NCBI GenBank assembly: GCA_046045965.1
Contig: JBJOKS010000016.1
Location: 32,001 to 96,000, forward strand
Source: Cyanobacteriota bacterium
Lineage (GTDB): Bacteria; Cyanobacteriota; Cyanobacteriia; Cyanobacteriales; Nostocaceae
Reading direction: 5' to 3'
Length of the DNA: 64,000 nucleotides
Shown here: positions 10,090 to 21,055 of the stretch, in pieces
Position numbering within the stretch: position 1 is the stretch's first letter
Layout: every line of letters begins with the position of its first letter
Translations under genes and position numbers: made by a program
Notes under the pieces: model-generated
Seen by the model: the letters and a program-made list of their open reading frames with translations, nothing else
Database searches by the model: none
Told to the model about the DNA's origin: nothing

Positions 10090-12033
10090 ATGGAAAATGA
10101 CGCGGCAACATTTTACTGCCCAAATGAATATTGTCAAGCTGCCAACCCCTTAACCCACAAGTTTTGCCAGCGATGCTCCACACCCTTACCCAAGCGTTAC
10201 CTGTGGGCAGTGGGAGATAGTTTGAGCCTGGGCAGTCCTGGAGAAATTTTAGCCGATCGCTATTTAGTCATTGGTCAATCAATCATTCTTGATCTCAAAC
10301 CTGGTTTATTACCCCAAATACCTGAATTAGATAATTTAGATCAAATAAAAGCTTATCTAAAACTAATTCCCTACCGCTTACATATACCACAAGTATATGG
10401 GATACTATCTCTGAATCAGGGACAATCTCAACCACAAATATTACTCCTAGAAAAACCGCCCCTATTAGTTGATAGTACAGATACACAAGTTCATCTGTGC
10501 AGCCAGCTGACAGCAGCTTGGGGTGATGCTTCATCAATGCGACAAATGAATTGGCTGTGGCAGATAGCACATTTATGGCAGCCGCTTGCTACCGAAGGAG
10601 TAGCCTCTAGCTTATTAGACCCCTATTTAATCAGAGTAGAAGGGGGTTTAGTGCGGTTACTAGAATTGCGATTTGATTCCCAAACAGCAACAACATTGTC
10701 ACAATTAGGGGCATTTTGGCAACAACTCCTCAAAAATGCCAAGCCAGCCATAGCTGAATTCCTCAAGCAAATTATTGATGCTCTAATTGAGGGTGAAATC
10801 AACTCATCTGAGCAATTAATTACAGTTTTAGATCAAGGACTGGCAGGATTGGGGACAGCCTCATCTGGACGAAATTCACCCACCCAAAGTACCAGCATTA
10901 AAATTCTCACCCAAACAGATACAGGACCTTCTCGTCAACGTAACGAAGATGCTTGTTACCCACCTAGCGGCACTCTTGTGAGTAAACCGCCCCAACAAAC
11001 TGCCTTAGCCATAGTTTGTGATGGTATTGGTGGACACGAGGGAGGCAACATAGCATCAAATTTAGCGATTGAAACCATTCAGCAACAAGTCATCCAACTT
11101 ACGTCAGTTCCTTATGACAATATAGACCCCCTCATACTTCAGAGTGATTTAGAACAGGCAGTAGCACTTGTCAACGATAAAATTAGTCAGCGCAACGACA
11201 CTGAACATCGCCAAGGGCGGCAACGGATGGGAACCACTCTCGTCATGGCCTTGCCCATTGCCCACGAGATGTATATTACCCATATTGGTGATAGTCGTGC
11301 CTATTGGATTACGCGCCACGGTTGTTATCAAGTTACCCTAGATGATGATGTGGCTTCCCGTGAAGTGCGATTGGGCTATGCTATTTATCGGGAAGCATTA
11401 CAACATAGTGGTTCTGGCTCTTTAGTTCAAGCTTTAGGCATGAGCAAGAGCGCCTCATTGCATCCTACTTGCCAACGATTTATCATTGACGAAGATGCTG
11501 TTTTCTTGCTCACTTCCGATGGATTGAGTGATTTTGACCGAATAGAAGAGTGTTGGGAAACAGAGATATTACCAGTTCTGACTGGGGAGACAAATATAGA
11601 AACGGCTGTCTCCCGACTCATAGAAATCGCTAATACAAAAAATGGACATGATAATGTCACCATCGCTTTAGTACATGATCAAGTCAAATACTGTGAACCA
11701 GATATCATTCTCAAAGCAGAAATTCCTGCTATTTCCGCCAGTAAAACGGTAAATTTGACACCAGAAAGAACAAATGGAACAGCTTTAGGCACCTCCCACC
11801 AGCAAACTCAAGTAATTCCAGAAAACAAATCTGCTCGTACTTCCAGACTACCGCTACAGTTATTAATTCTTTTAGGTTTGCTTTTAGGAGCAGGTTCTCT
11901 GGGATTGTGGATCAAAAACCAGCGAGAACCACAATCTACAATTGCCGATCCGCCAATTCCATCTGTAGTAAGCCCACAACCTACGACAACCGCAACACCT
12001 ATACCAACAAACGAGGAGAAACCACAAAACTAA
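10090..12033 (+). CDS. prpJ: PP2C (PPM) Ser/Thr phosphatase with N-terminal zinc ribbon, kinase-like linker region and C-terminal TM (PrpJ-like)
   Basis: CPNEYC..CQRC; RQRNED, VCDGIGGH, GTT, HIGDSRAY, LTSDGL, GHDNVT PP2C motifs; hydrophobic helix near the C-terminus. Confidence 0.75.
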   Translation: MENDAATFYCPNEYCQAANPLTHKFCQRCSTPLPKRYLWAVGDSLSLGSPGEILADRYLVIGQSIILDLKPGLLPQIPELDNLDQIKAYLKLIPYRLHIPQVYGILSLNQGQSQPQILLLEKPPLLVDSTDTQVHLCSQLTAAWGDASSMRQMNWLWQIAHLWQPLATEGVASSLLDPYLIRVEGGLVRLLELRFDSQTATTLSQLGAFWQQLLKNAKPAIAEFLKQIIDALIEGEINSSEQLITVLDQGLAGLGTASSGRNSPTQSTSIKILTQTDTGPSRQRNEDACYPPSGTLVSKPPQQTALAIVCDGIGGHEGGNIASNLAIETIQQQVIQLTSVPYDNIDPLILQSDLEQAVALVNDKISQRNDTEHRQGRQRMGTTLVMALPIAHEMYITHIGDSRAYWITRHGCYQVTLDDDVASREVRLGYAIYREALQHSGSGSLVQALGMSKSASLHPTCQRFIIDEDAVFLLTSDGLSDFDRIEECWETEILPVLTGETNIETAVSRLIEIANTKNGHDNVTIALVHDQVKYCEPDIILKAEIPAISASKTVNLTPERTNGTALGTSHQQTQVIPENKSARTSRLPLQLLILLGLLLGAGSLGLWIKNQREPQSTIADPPIPSVVSPQPTTTATPIPTNEEKPQN

Positions 12034-12182
12034 TTGTCATTACCAGTGACGAAGAGCCAAGCGCCTGAGTGATTCTCATCACCATCATGGGATATGATAA
12101 TTCAGGTGAAGAACAAAATTAAGAATTAACTTCCTAGACAAAGTTTATTTGTTGGTTTTTAGAGTTTAGTTTCCACAAATCC

Positions 12183-13775
12183 ATGTCCTGCCTGAATGTG
12201 GCGATCGCTCGTCTAGTCAATACTGGCACTGATAACTTCGCCATTTGGGTGGTTAAAGCTCCCTATCCCAGTGGTTATGTTTTGCGTGACTGTGTTTTTT
12301 CTGCTGAACTTAGTCAAATTTGGCAAGAATGGCAGCAAATGTTTGCTGGTCATAGTCCCCTGGATATTGCTTCAATATCAACATTATCAGAGGCCAATAC
12401 ATTACCAATTGAGTTGATTTTATCCCAGGTAGGACAAACCACAAGTCCTTACAGTAGTCGGTTGATGCAATATCTGGGTATAAGTTTATGGCGTTGGGTA
12501 TTCGATGGGCAAATTCTGGGGAGTCTAGAACGTAGTCGCGGTATGGCTATGGGTCAGAATAAACGGTTGCGCTTTCGATTGGAAATTCGTGACCCTGATC
12601 TGATCGCTCTACCTTGGGAAATTATGCAGCGTGAACCCGGCCAATCAGCAATATCTCTTTCCCAAGATATTTTATTTAGTCGGACTATCAGTGAAGTTGA
12701 ACCCCTGCCAAATTTGCGAACAGACCCAGCTTTAAATGTCTTGTTGGTTTTGGGACATGATGAAAATCTAGAATTGGAAAAAGAAGCTGCTATTCTGGAA
12801 AAAATCTTGTCAGAATTTAACCCATCTGGGAAAAATTCTGTATCAGCCTGTATGGTGAAGACACTCTTGCAACCTACTCCACAACAGTTAATTCAAGAGT
12901 TAGAAACCAAAACCTACAACGTCTTTTTTTACGCTGGTCATGGCCTGCCAGATCCTGATGGTGGTTTATTATTTTTGAAACCTAATTTGACCCTCAATGG
13001 CATAGAATTAGCCCAAGTATTAACCCGCACAGGTGTAAAATTAGGGGTGTTTAATGCCTGTTGGGGAGCGCAACCAGCAGCCATTAATCAACAGGCTATA
13101 CCCGCTAGTAGTTTAGCAGAAGTCCTCATCCGTCATGGTGTACCTGCGGTATTAGCAATGCGGGATGAAATTGCAGACCAGGAAAGTCACAGTTTTATTC
13201 AAGCTTTTGCCGAAGCATTGCGATCGCGTAAACCAATTGATGAAGCAGTGGCAGCCGCTAGGCAAGAACTGTTAACAATATATAAGTTCAATCAACCAGC
13301 TTGGACATTACCAGTTCTCTATCTGCATCCTGATTTTAATGGGGACTTGATTAAAAGTGTTGATGAAGGAATTACTGAACTACCAGATACTGCCATTTCT
13401 GGGATAACTGTCCCAATATCCACAGCTTTTTTGCGATCGCTTTCACTAGGAGGTAAAACTTGGTTATTGCGTTCTGGTGTCACCCGTATTGGTCGCACGA
13501 AAGATAATGATATTGTTATCCCCGAACTCTATGTTTCTAAACGCCATGCTGAAATCCTCTGCCGAAGTATTTTCAACGGTTCTAAATCAGTTGTTACTTA
13601 TTACCTGCAAGATTTCTCCACCTACGGTACAACTTGGTGTCTAGGTCCAAATGGTTGGCAACAAATTCTCCGCGAGGAAGTAGCTCTATCATCAGGAATG
13701 AAATTAAAGTTTGGCAGTGCTAAAGGTGAAACATGGGAGTTCGTGATTGAAGATATCGTCACAGGTGAGAGATGA
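12183..13775 (+). CDS. HetF-like CHAT (caspase-like) protease with C-terminal FHA domain
   Basis: LPWE, YAGHG (His), VFNACWG (Cys), WTLPVLY; FHA motifs IGR..DIV..VSKRHA..STYGT. Confidence 0.85.
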   Translation: MSCLNVAIARLVNTGTDNFAIWVVKAPYPSGYVLRDCVFSAELSQIWQEWQQMFAGHSPLDIASISTLSEANTLPIELILSQVGQTTSPYSSRLMQYLGISLWRWVFDGQILGSLERSRGMAMGQNKRLRFRLEIRDPDLIALPWEIMQREPGQSAISLSQDILFSRTISEVEPLPNLRTDPALNVLLVLGHDENLELEKEAAILEKILSEFNPSGKNSVSACMVKTLLQPTPQQLIQELETKTYNVFFYAGHGLPDPDGGLLFLKPNLTLNGIELAQVLTRTGVKLGVFNACWGAQPAAINQQAIPASSLAEVLIRHGVPAVLAMRDEIADQESHSFIQAFAEALRSRKPIDEAVAAARQELLTIYKFNQPAWTLPVLYLHPDFNGDLIKSVDEGITELPDTAISGITVPISTAFLRSLSLGGKTWLLRSGVTRIGRTKDNDIVIPELYVSKRHAEILCRSIFNGSKSVVTYYLQDFSTYGTTWCLGPNGWQQILREEVALSSGMKLKFGSAKGETWEFVIEDIVTGER

Positions 13776-14000
13776 CTGAGGACTGGGGACTCTTTACTGG
13801 GGACTCTTAAGAAAGCAGGGGAAGCAGGGGGAGAATATTAACTTTTGCCTTTTGCCTTTTGCCTTTTGCTTTTTGCCTATTACCAATTACCAGTTACCTG
13901 ACAACTGACTAATGAATTATTTTTTGCGGAAATTTAAATCTTCCAGCTGTAGCTGTCAACAAGGTTAATTAATTAATGCTAATTAATTGTGAGGTGAAAC

Positions 14001-14642
14001 ATGATTAATAAAACCAATGGTTTAGATACTTGCCACTTCTTACCATCGAACGTCGATTTAGACTTATTAGAAGCACTACTAAAACCTGAAGATGGGACTT
14101 ATCCGTGGAATATGGCTGATGAGGAATCAGAAGCTTATTTTAATCAATTAGAGCAGCAGTTTGAATGTGAGGATTTATTAGCAGAAGACCTGACTAGGCG
14201 ATCGCAAGATTTCTATAGTCATCTTGATGGCATTTGGTCTCAGGTTTACCATTCTAAGACTGATCGCGATGAACAGCCACCTAAAAGTATATACGCTGCT
14301 GTACACAGTGCTTTTGCTGCTTCTGTTCCCTCAAATTGGTTAAATACTATAGCTCAAAAAGTATCAGAAAGTATCAATAATTTAGAACAATCTACAAGTG
14401 AGAAACTCGTAGAATGTGTTCAAGCTTTGCTGCCAAATTGGCAAACAGAAGACTTGCTCGTTTTAGCTCGTCCTTTTACCTACTCCATGAGAAGTAACGA
14501 ACAACAAAGCTTGGCAGTTATCATCAGCAATATTGAAAATCGAGAGTGGACAAGTTTATCAGAAATAGAACAAGCAAAAATCAGTTTAGCGATCGCTCAT
14601 TATGCCTTCAAAGAATTCTCTAGCGTAAAAGAAGAATCTTAG
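14001..14642 (+). CDS. Conserved acidic helical protein, possibly PatU3-like
   Basis: GAGGTG RBS; YPWN, KLVECVQALLPNW..DLLVLAR..SMRS and EQAKISLAIA motifs; the PatU3 similarity rests on memory only. Confidence 0.6.
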   Translation: MINKTNGLDTCHFLPSNVDLDLLEALLKPEDGTYPWNMADEESEAYFNQLEQQFECEDLLAEDLTRRSQDFYSHLDGIWSQVYHSKTDRDEQPPKSIYAAVHSAFAASVPSNWLNTIAQKVSESINNLEQSTSEKLVECVQALLPNWQTEDLLVLARPFTYSMRSNEQQSLAVIISNIENREWTSLSEIEQAKISLAIAHYAFKEFSSVKEES

Positions 14643-14682
14643 ATTTTTCCCCTCATGAATGGGAGGGTATTAAATGGAAGCA

Positions 14683-14806
14683 GTAATTATTGTCGATGGC
14701 GGCGCAGTTATTCTGTGTCTCAAAATGTTTCGCTGAATTTTCATTTTTTACTAATATTTGTTTCAGCATAAATTACATATAGACTGATGACAATAATTGC
14801 GCCATC
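14683..14806. repeat. Degenerate inverted-repeat (MITE-like) element
   Basis: GTAATTATTGTC/GACAATAATTGC and GATGG..GCGCAGTTATT/AATAATTGCGCCATC inverted pairs between convergent genes. Confidence 0.4.
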
Positions 14807-14911
14807 TATCCGTAGACATAGAAAAGTGATGAAGGAGGCAAGAGGCAAAAGACAAGAGACAAAATAATAAATTTCTTCCCAGTCGCCAGTCGCCAGTTGC
14901 CAATAACTGTT

Positions 14912-16279
14912 TTATTTGGGTTCGAGAAAGCGAGTAGCGAAATTTTGCGATCGCGTTGGTGATAATACCCGTGCTTTGAGAATTGCGGCCATCAAAAAAG
15001 CGTAAGATAAAACACCCACAACCACTAACAGGAGGGCATTAATAGAACCCGTAGCATTCCATAGAGCATGAAGAGCGGAGGCGCTCAAATAACCAACGGA
15101 GAGAATTTGCCAACCCATCAAAGGCTTGAGGACAGCCAACCCGATAAAATAGCCCAAATAGCCGCTATAAGCCATGTGTCCAGCGACAGAACCTAAAATG
15201 CGGGGAATGAGTAGCTGTAAACCCACCAGTTGACCAGCGCCCACCCCTGATTGTTGGGTGACATTTTGTGTAATTACAGGCACATATTGACCAAGAGTTT
15301 CCAACAAAGTGAAACCCACAGCAGAAGCAGTTCCCAGGAGAATACCATCTAGTGGTTCCCAAACTCCTATCCGTTCCCGCCAAGGAGTTGGTAATGATTT
15401 GCCGATAAAATAAGCAGCTAATACTGGTAATGCCTTGAGTAACTCTTCCATCAACCCAGCGCCAAAAAACATTCGCACCAGTAATTCGGTAAAGGTAATC
15501 GAATCTTGAGATGAGGGTAGACTACCAGGTAAAATTTCTCGAAATACAAAGATAAAAAAATTTAATAAAGGACTGAGCAAAATTAGCATTGTACTCAATG
15601 CCATAGCGATGAGTACCCACCAAGGCTTCTGTTTACCACAAAGTTGGTAAACAAAGTAGTAAGCAGCGGCGGCGATATAAGACCCGACAATGACTTGATT
15701 TGCTTGGGGATAGCCTACAGTACCGAACATTAAAACTACGAAGATAACTGTTAAGATACCCGGTACAAGGTAAGCTTTGCGAGTTAAATCTTTACCAGTG
15801 GAAATAATGGGAAATAGCTGTGTGAAACTAACCGAGTCATGCTGTGATTGCTTTTGCCCGTTTTTGGCAGAGGCTATGACTGTGCCTTGGTTAGCGGTCA
15901 TTGTGGGTTGAGGTATGAATTCGTACTCAAAAATGAATTGGGGTCCATCAGCACCCAAGGAAATGCGATCGCCCTGGTGCAATTCCTGAGCACCTCGCAA
16001 AAGTTGACCATTTAAAAAAGTGCCATTGGCACTGTTTAAATCGCTAATCACCCAGCTGAACCTGCTGTCTGGTGATACCGAAAGGGGACGAACGACTGCA
16101 TGACGACGAGACACCATCCTGTACATCATGGCATCCAAGACAACTTGGCAGCTGGGGTCGCGTCCAATGACCATCTCTTGATTGGGAAGCAGCGAGTAGC
16201 GAGATTCTGACCCAGAAGCTTCAACTTTACTAGACACTAGCCGCACAAATGCTTTATGTCTTGCGTTTTTGCCTGTCAT
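14912..16279 (-). CDS. FHA domain fused to PrsW-family intramembrane glutamic protease
   Basis: FHA IGRDP..VSRRHA..SANGT; PrsW motifs EELLK, GFTLLE, HMAYSG, LHALWN; multiple TMs. Confidence 0.88.
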   Translation of the reverse strand: MTGKNARHKAFVRLVSSKVEASGSESRYSLLPNQEMVIGRDPSCQVVLDAMMYRMVSRRHAVVRPLSVSPDSRFSWVISDLNSANGTFLNGQLLRGAQELHQGDRISLGADGPQFIFEYEFIPQPTMTANQGTVIASAKNGQKQSQHDSVSFTQLFPIISTGKDLTRKAYLVPGILTVIFVVLMFGTVGYPQANQVIVGSYIAAAAYYFVYQLCGKQKPWWVLIAMALSTMLILLSPLLNFFIFVFREILPGSLPSSQDSITFTELLVRMFFGAGLMEELLKALPVLAAYFIGKSLPTPWRERIGVWEPLDGILLGTASAVGFTLLETLGQYVPVITQNVTQQSGVGAGQLVGLQLLIPRILGSVAGHMAYSGYLGYFIGLAVLKPLMGWQILSVGYLSASALHALWNATGSINALLLVVVGVLSYAFLMAAILKARVLSPTRSQNFATRFLEPK

Positions 16280-16506
16280 CGAGTTAGTGAGTATGTCTGA
16301 ACAAATTCTATGGCTTACGCCAAACTAAACTATCAAATATTTGGGTAGTAGACTGAACCTTGGCCTCATAAACAGCCGCACCATTGATAAATACACTATA
16401 GCTTCACTAACCGTCGTTTTGCTCCACTCCAAAATACAAAATGCCCAATTCACCACCAATCTCGTCAGAAATATCAACTCATGGTAGTTTTACCACTAGC
16501 CACTAA

Positions 16507-16962
16507 CTAAATCAGATTAAATTCTGTCATGGCGGTGGCAAAATTTTTGTTTTCATGTCCGGGACGACTAAGTTTCAGCAGAGCAAAACGTTGTAATGGA
16601 GTTAACCTTACCCACTGTTGTAACGTGATAGTGACACCTATTTCTTGTGCTTTTTCCTGAAGGCTGGGTGGTACAGTTGTAGAATCCATCCAAGAGGGAT
16701 GAGCTTCAATGAGTAATTTAGTAGCTGGTTTTCCTGTGCGTTCTAAAATTAATTTTTCTAGGTACTCTTGGTAAGATTGAATTTCTGTTTCTTTTGAACA
16801 AGGTAATTCCACTAAATTAGCACGTTCCAATTTAGTCATCTGATGCCAATCAGACAATTTTAATTTAATACCACAAGTGTCTAACTTATAACGGACTTGC
16901 ATTGGTATACAACGGAGAGAATCAACAAAATCTGCTTCAAATTCAAAAAATTCGGCTGTCAT
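16507..16962 (-). CDS. narM: Nitrate reductase-associated protein NarM
   Basis: FEADFVDSLRCIPMQVRYKLDTCGIKLKL and LQRFALLKLSRPGHEN; downstream of narB. Confidence 0.9.
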   Translation of the reverse strand: MTAEFFEFEADFVDSLRCIPMQVRYKLDTCGIKLKLSDWHQMTKLERANLVELPCSKETEIQSYQEYLEKLILERTGKPATKLLIEAHPSWMDSTTVPPSLQEKAQEIGVTITLQQWVRLTPLQRFALLKLSRPGHENKNFATAMTEFNLI

Positions 16963-17069
16963 GCGATTTTAGATTTTAGATTTTGGATTGGGGATGAATT
17001 GACACCACTGATAAATCTGGTTGCTATTTCAGCTTTGAAAGCTGATAGCTGAAGGCTAAATGCTAACAG

Positions 17070-17528
17070 CTAATGTTTATCATTAGACCGACTAGAACGA
17101 ATTATTAAATAACTAATTGAAAGAGCAAGTATAGCAATTCCTAAACCAATAACATCAATTCCTGTGACTTTTTCTAAATCTAGAATAATAATTTTTCGAG
17201 CGACGGCGATTAAAGAGGTAACAATTACTAATTCTACTTGAAAAACGTGTTTTTGTAGATAAGCCGTGATATTTTCTAAAATTTCTAAAGCAATGAGAAC
17301 ATTTAAAAATAAACCAAATACTTTAAATAAAATGGTATTGAATTTACCATAAGGTGCATCGAATAATTCTTTAAATAGAAAAATACTCAAATCTGCGATC
17401 GCCACAAAAATTACCAGCACCATCAAAATAGAGAGAATCTTAGAAACCACCACTACAATATTTTCAATGAAGTGCATGAAACTATCATCGCTGGTCAAAG
17501 CTTTTATTTGCTTAAAAAATCTCTTCAT
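17070..17528 (-). CDS. PsiE-family (phosphate-starvation-inducible) membrane protein
   Basis: Four TMs, LIALEILENI and LIAVARKIII motifs; lies between narB and narM. Confidence 0.85.
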   Translation of the reverse strand: MKRFFKQIKALTSDDSFMHFIENIVVVVSKILSILMVLVIFVAIADLSIFLFKELFDAPYGKFNTILFKVFGLFLNVLIALEILENITAYLQKHVFQVELVIVTSLIAVARKIIILDLEKVTGIDVIGLGIAILALSISYLIIRSSRSNDKH

Positions 17529-17748
17529 TGTAGTAGTGTCCTATGCTGCAATAAATCTTCAAAAATAAACCCTCATTGAGACAATTGCTATTCGGATCAT
17601 CAGACTTCATCTGTATTACTTAACATAAGTCACGTAACAACAGACACTAAAGCACTTGTTTCTCCAAGTTAAGAATCAAAAAAAATAATCGTAACTATAG
17701 ATTATTGACTCTATTAGCAATTCACTCTTGAGGAATTTACTTAGAAGC

Positions 17749-19938
17749 TTACCATTGTGAAGACTGAAGTTGATAATTTTTAGTTGTAATTTCTACAGAA
17801 ATTGGAACTAGCTGCACAGCACAAGCTTTTAATTCAGGTTGTAAAGAATCAGGACATGATTTTGAATGAGTTAGCGCGTTAGCTTCAGCATCATTAGCCC
17901 ATAGTTTACCCCAGTGCATGGGGACAAAGACAGTACCGGGGGATATAGCTTTGGTGATTTTAGCAGGAAACCTGGATGCACCACGACGCGATCGCACTTC
18001 TACCACCTGACCATCAACAATACCTAACTTTTCTGCATCACGGGGATGAATTTCTATAAACGGTTCAGGGTGCATTTGTTTAATTTTATCAATTCTTCCT
18101 GTACGGGTTTGTGTATGCCAATGTCCATATAATCTACCAGTAGTTAATACAAAAGGATATTCAGGATCAGGTGGTTCAGCTAAACCTTTAGAATAATATG
18201 CACCAAACTTAGCGCGACCATCTGAAGTATTAAACTGTAAATTTGTATATAAACGTTTATTTTCTGGTTTATTTTCTGAATTACTACCAATAGGAAAAGG
18301 CCAATGAGTGGGACCATTTATTGATAGAAACTCATGACTTAAACCCGACATATCACAAGGACGATTATAAGTTAATTGTACAAATTCCTGATAAACTTCG
18401 GCGGAATTATTAAAAGCAAACTTATCATTAAATCCTAATCTTTTTCCTACTTCTGCGAAAATTTCCCAGTCTGGTTTTGCTTCCTTTGGTGGTGCTTGAA
18501 AAGCTGAACATAGCGTTACCCTTCTTTCAGAATTAGTCATAATACCAGTTTTTTCACCCCATTGGGCAGCAGGTAATAAAAGGTGAGCATAAGCAGAAGT
18601 TTCTGTAGGATAATAAGCATCTTGATAAATAGTAAAAGGCGATTTTAATAAAGCTTTTTTAGTCCTTTCTAAATCTGGCATACTCACAGCCGGATTAGTT
18701 GCTGCTATCCATAATAAATTAACATTACCAAATTCTAAACCAGTAATCATATCCCAAGCGGTTAAACCAGGAATGGGGGAAATTTTACCCCTTTCTAAAC
18801 CCCAAAAATCCTCAACTTCTGCACGATGTTCTGCATTTTTAATTAACCGATATCCTGGTAATAAATGGGCTAAACCTCCTGCTTCTCTACCTCCCATCGC
18901 ATTAGGTTGACCTGTTAAAGAAAAAGGACCAGCACCGGGTTTACCTACTTGTCCCGTCATTAAATGTAAATTAATAATAGTTCTGACTTTCGCTGTACCT
19001 TCTGTTGATTGATTTACTCCCATTGACCATAAAGAAAGTACGGATTTTGCCTGACTCCAATATTTAGCGGCGGTTTCTAAATCTTCAATAGAAATACCAC
19101 ATTGACTGGCTACAATATCAGGTGAATAATGGCGAATTACTTCTATATAATCTGAAAAATTGCTAGTATATTGATCAATAAAAGCTGTGTCTAAATAGTT
19201 CCATTTCATGAATAAATGGGCAATTCCATTTAATAAATCAATGTCTGTTCCAGGACGAATTGCTAAATGTAAATCTGCTGCTTCGGCGGTGGGAGTGCGA
19301 CGCGGATCAACAACTACCATTTTTACATGATGGTTTTTTTTGTGATATTTGGCTAGTCTGTTAAATATTATGGGGTGACATTCTGCGGTATTTGTTCCTA
19401 TTAAAAACGCACAGTCTGTTAGTTCTAAATCATCATAACAACAAGGAGGACCATCAGAGCCAAAACTTTGTATATACCCAGATACCGCACTAGACATACA
19501 AAGACGGGAATTAGCATCAAAGTTATTAGTTCCTAAACAACCTTTAAGTAATTTTTGGGCGATATAATAATCTTCTGTTTGAAATTGTCCAGAACCATAC
19601 ATACATATTGATTCTGCACTGTGATTATTAATTGTTTGTTGTATTTTTTGGGTGATTATGTTAAAGGCTTCGTCCCAGGTGATGGGTTGAAAATCTTGGT
19701 TTAATGATTTTCTAAACATGGGATAATGTAGTCTGTTTTTGTGTAGTGCTTCGGTGACTGTTGCACCTTTTACACATACCATTCCTTGGCTTGATGGATG
19801 GTTTTTATCTCCTCTAACTTTCCAGGTTGGTGTTTCTTGGGTGTTTGGATCTGTGTTTTTTTTATGTTGTGCTGGTGGGATGATTTCTAAACCACAACCT
19901 ACTCCGCAATAGGGGCAAAGTGTTTTTATTGATTCCAT
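17749..19938 (-). CDS. narB: Ferredoxin-nitrate reductase
   Basis: CPYCGVGC 4Fe-4S motif, [19 protein letters not shown], molybdopterin C-terminal domain. Confidence 0.96.
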   Translation of the reverse strand: MESIKTLCPYCGVGCGLEIIPPAQHKKNTDPNTQETPTWKVRGDKNHPSSQGMVCVKGATVTEALHKNRLHYPMFRKSLNQDFQPITWDEAFNIITQKIQQTINNHSAESICMYGSGQFQTEDYYIAQKLLKGCLGTNNFDANSRLCMSSAVSGYIQSFGSDGPPCCYDDLELTDCAFLIGTNTAECHPIIFNRLAKYHKKNHHVKMVVVDPRRTPTAEAADLHLAIRPGTDIDLLNGIAHLFMKWNYLDTAFIDQYTSNFSDYIEVIRHYSPDIVASQCGISIEDLETAAKYWSQAKSVLSLWSMGVNQSTEGTAKVRTIINLHLMTGQVGKPGAGPFSLTGQPNAMGGREAGGLAHLLPGYRLIKNAEHRAEVEDFWGLERGKISPIPGLTAWDMITGLEFGNVNLLWIAATNPAVSMPDLERTKKALLKSPFTIYQDAYYPTETSAYAHLLLPAAQWGEKTGIMTNSERRVTLCSAFQAPPKEAKPDWEIFAEVGKRLGFNDKFAFNNSAEVYQEFVQLTYNRPCDMSGLSHEFLSINGPTHWPFPIGSNSENKPENKRLYTNLQFNTSDGRAKFGAYYSKGLAEPPDPEYPFVLTTGRLYGHWHTQTRTGRIDKIKQMHPEPFIEIHPRDAEKLGIVDGQVVEVRSRRGASRFPAKITKAISPGTVFVPMHWGKLWANDAEANALTHSKSCPDSLQPELKACAVQLVPISVEITTKNYQLQSSQW

Positions 19939-20101
19939 TGTATTTTAGGTTTTATATTTTTGGTTTTGTATAGATGATTTTTTTATGAGTAACGAACCAC
20001 AGAGGCACGGAGGACACGAAGGTAAGAGGGGTTTTGGGTTTTTATTTTTATTTATTCTTTTATTTTTTGTGTCTTTGTGCCTTTGTTTGAGTTATTTAAT
20101 T

Positions 20102-20947
20102 TTATTCTTCAATGTGAGCGCAACGACGATAAAGGAAGTCGAGGGCGTAGTTTCTGAGGTGATAATATTCTGGGTTTTCCATGATGCGGCGACGGTTACG
20201 AGGACGGGAGAAGGGTATTTCTAATATTTCGCCAATGTTTGCTGCTGGTCCGTTGGTCATCATGACTAATTTATCTGCTAGAAAAAGTGCTTCGTCTATG
20301 TCATGGGTGATCATTAAAACTGTGACTTGATGATCTGACCAAATTTGTAGGAGTTCTTCTTGTAGTTCTTCTTTGGTGATGGCATCTAATGCACCGAATG
20401 GTTCATCTAATATTAGGACTTGGGGACGGATGGCTAAAGCACGGGCGATCGCTACTCTTTGTTTCATTCCTCCTGATATTTGATTTGGTGTTTTTTCGGC
20501 TGCTTCTGTTAGTCCTACCATTGCTAAATGTTCTCTGACTATTGCCCTTTTTTCGGCTTGGTTTTTGTTAGGAAATACTGCATCAACTGCTAGGTAAACA
20601 TTATCAAATACGTTTAACCAAGGTAGTAAGCAATAGTTTTGAAATACCATCATCCGATCTGGTCCTGGTTCGGTGATGGGTTGACCTTGTAACCATACAA
20701 TGCCGTTTGTAGGTGTGTTAAATCCAGAAACCATGTTTAAAAGTGTGGATTTTCCACAACCGGAATGTCCTATTAAACAAATAAATTCACCTTCACTAAT
20801 TTTCAGGTTAATGTTATCGAGTACGGTATATGGTCCTTCGGCTGTGGGATATATTTTGTTGAGGTTATCAATTACTAGAAAGTCTGCTTGTTTATGGTTT
20901 GATAATTGTTGAGATTTTGTCTTTCTGTTGAAGTTTAATGTTGTCAT
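20102..20947 (-). CDS. nrtD: Nitrate/nitrite ABC transporter ATPase NrtD
   Basis: GHSGCGKST, PGPDRMMVFQ, SGGMKQR; position in the operon; start set at ATG 20947. Confidence 0.92.
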   Translation of the reverse strand: MTTLNFNRKTKSQQLSNHKQADFLVIDNLNKIYPTAEGPYTVLDNINLKISEGEFICLIGHSGCGKSTLLNMVSGFNTPTNGIVWLQGQPITEPGPDRMMVFQNYCLLPWLNVFDNVYLAVDAVFPNKNQAEKRAIVREHLAMVGLTEAAEKTPNQISGGMKQRVAIARALAIRPQVLILDEPFGALDAITKEELQEELLQIWSDHQVTVLMITHDIDEALFLADKLVMMTNGPAANIGEILEIPFSRPRNRRRIMENPEYYHLRNYALDFLYRRCAHIEE

Positions 20948-21055
20948 GATTTTAAAAATTGGTAATGGGTAGTTCAATTTTGGATTTTGGATTTTGGATT
21001 TTGGAGTTCTTTTAACATCAATCTAAAATTATTTTGACTCCTGACTCCTGACTCC

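Noticed and set aside
17634..17647. NtcA-like GTAACAACAGACAC between narB and the psiE-like gene
   Set aside because: Imperfect (GTA-N8-CAC) and no TAN3T at the expected 22-nt spacing.
19985..20224. 79-aa plus-strand ORF
   Set aside because: Overlaps nrtD antisense and starts in a dispersed repeat (AACGAACCACAGAGGCAC, also near 25395 and inverted near 37000 and 40110).
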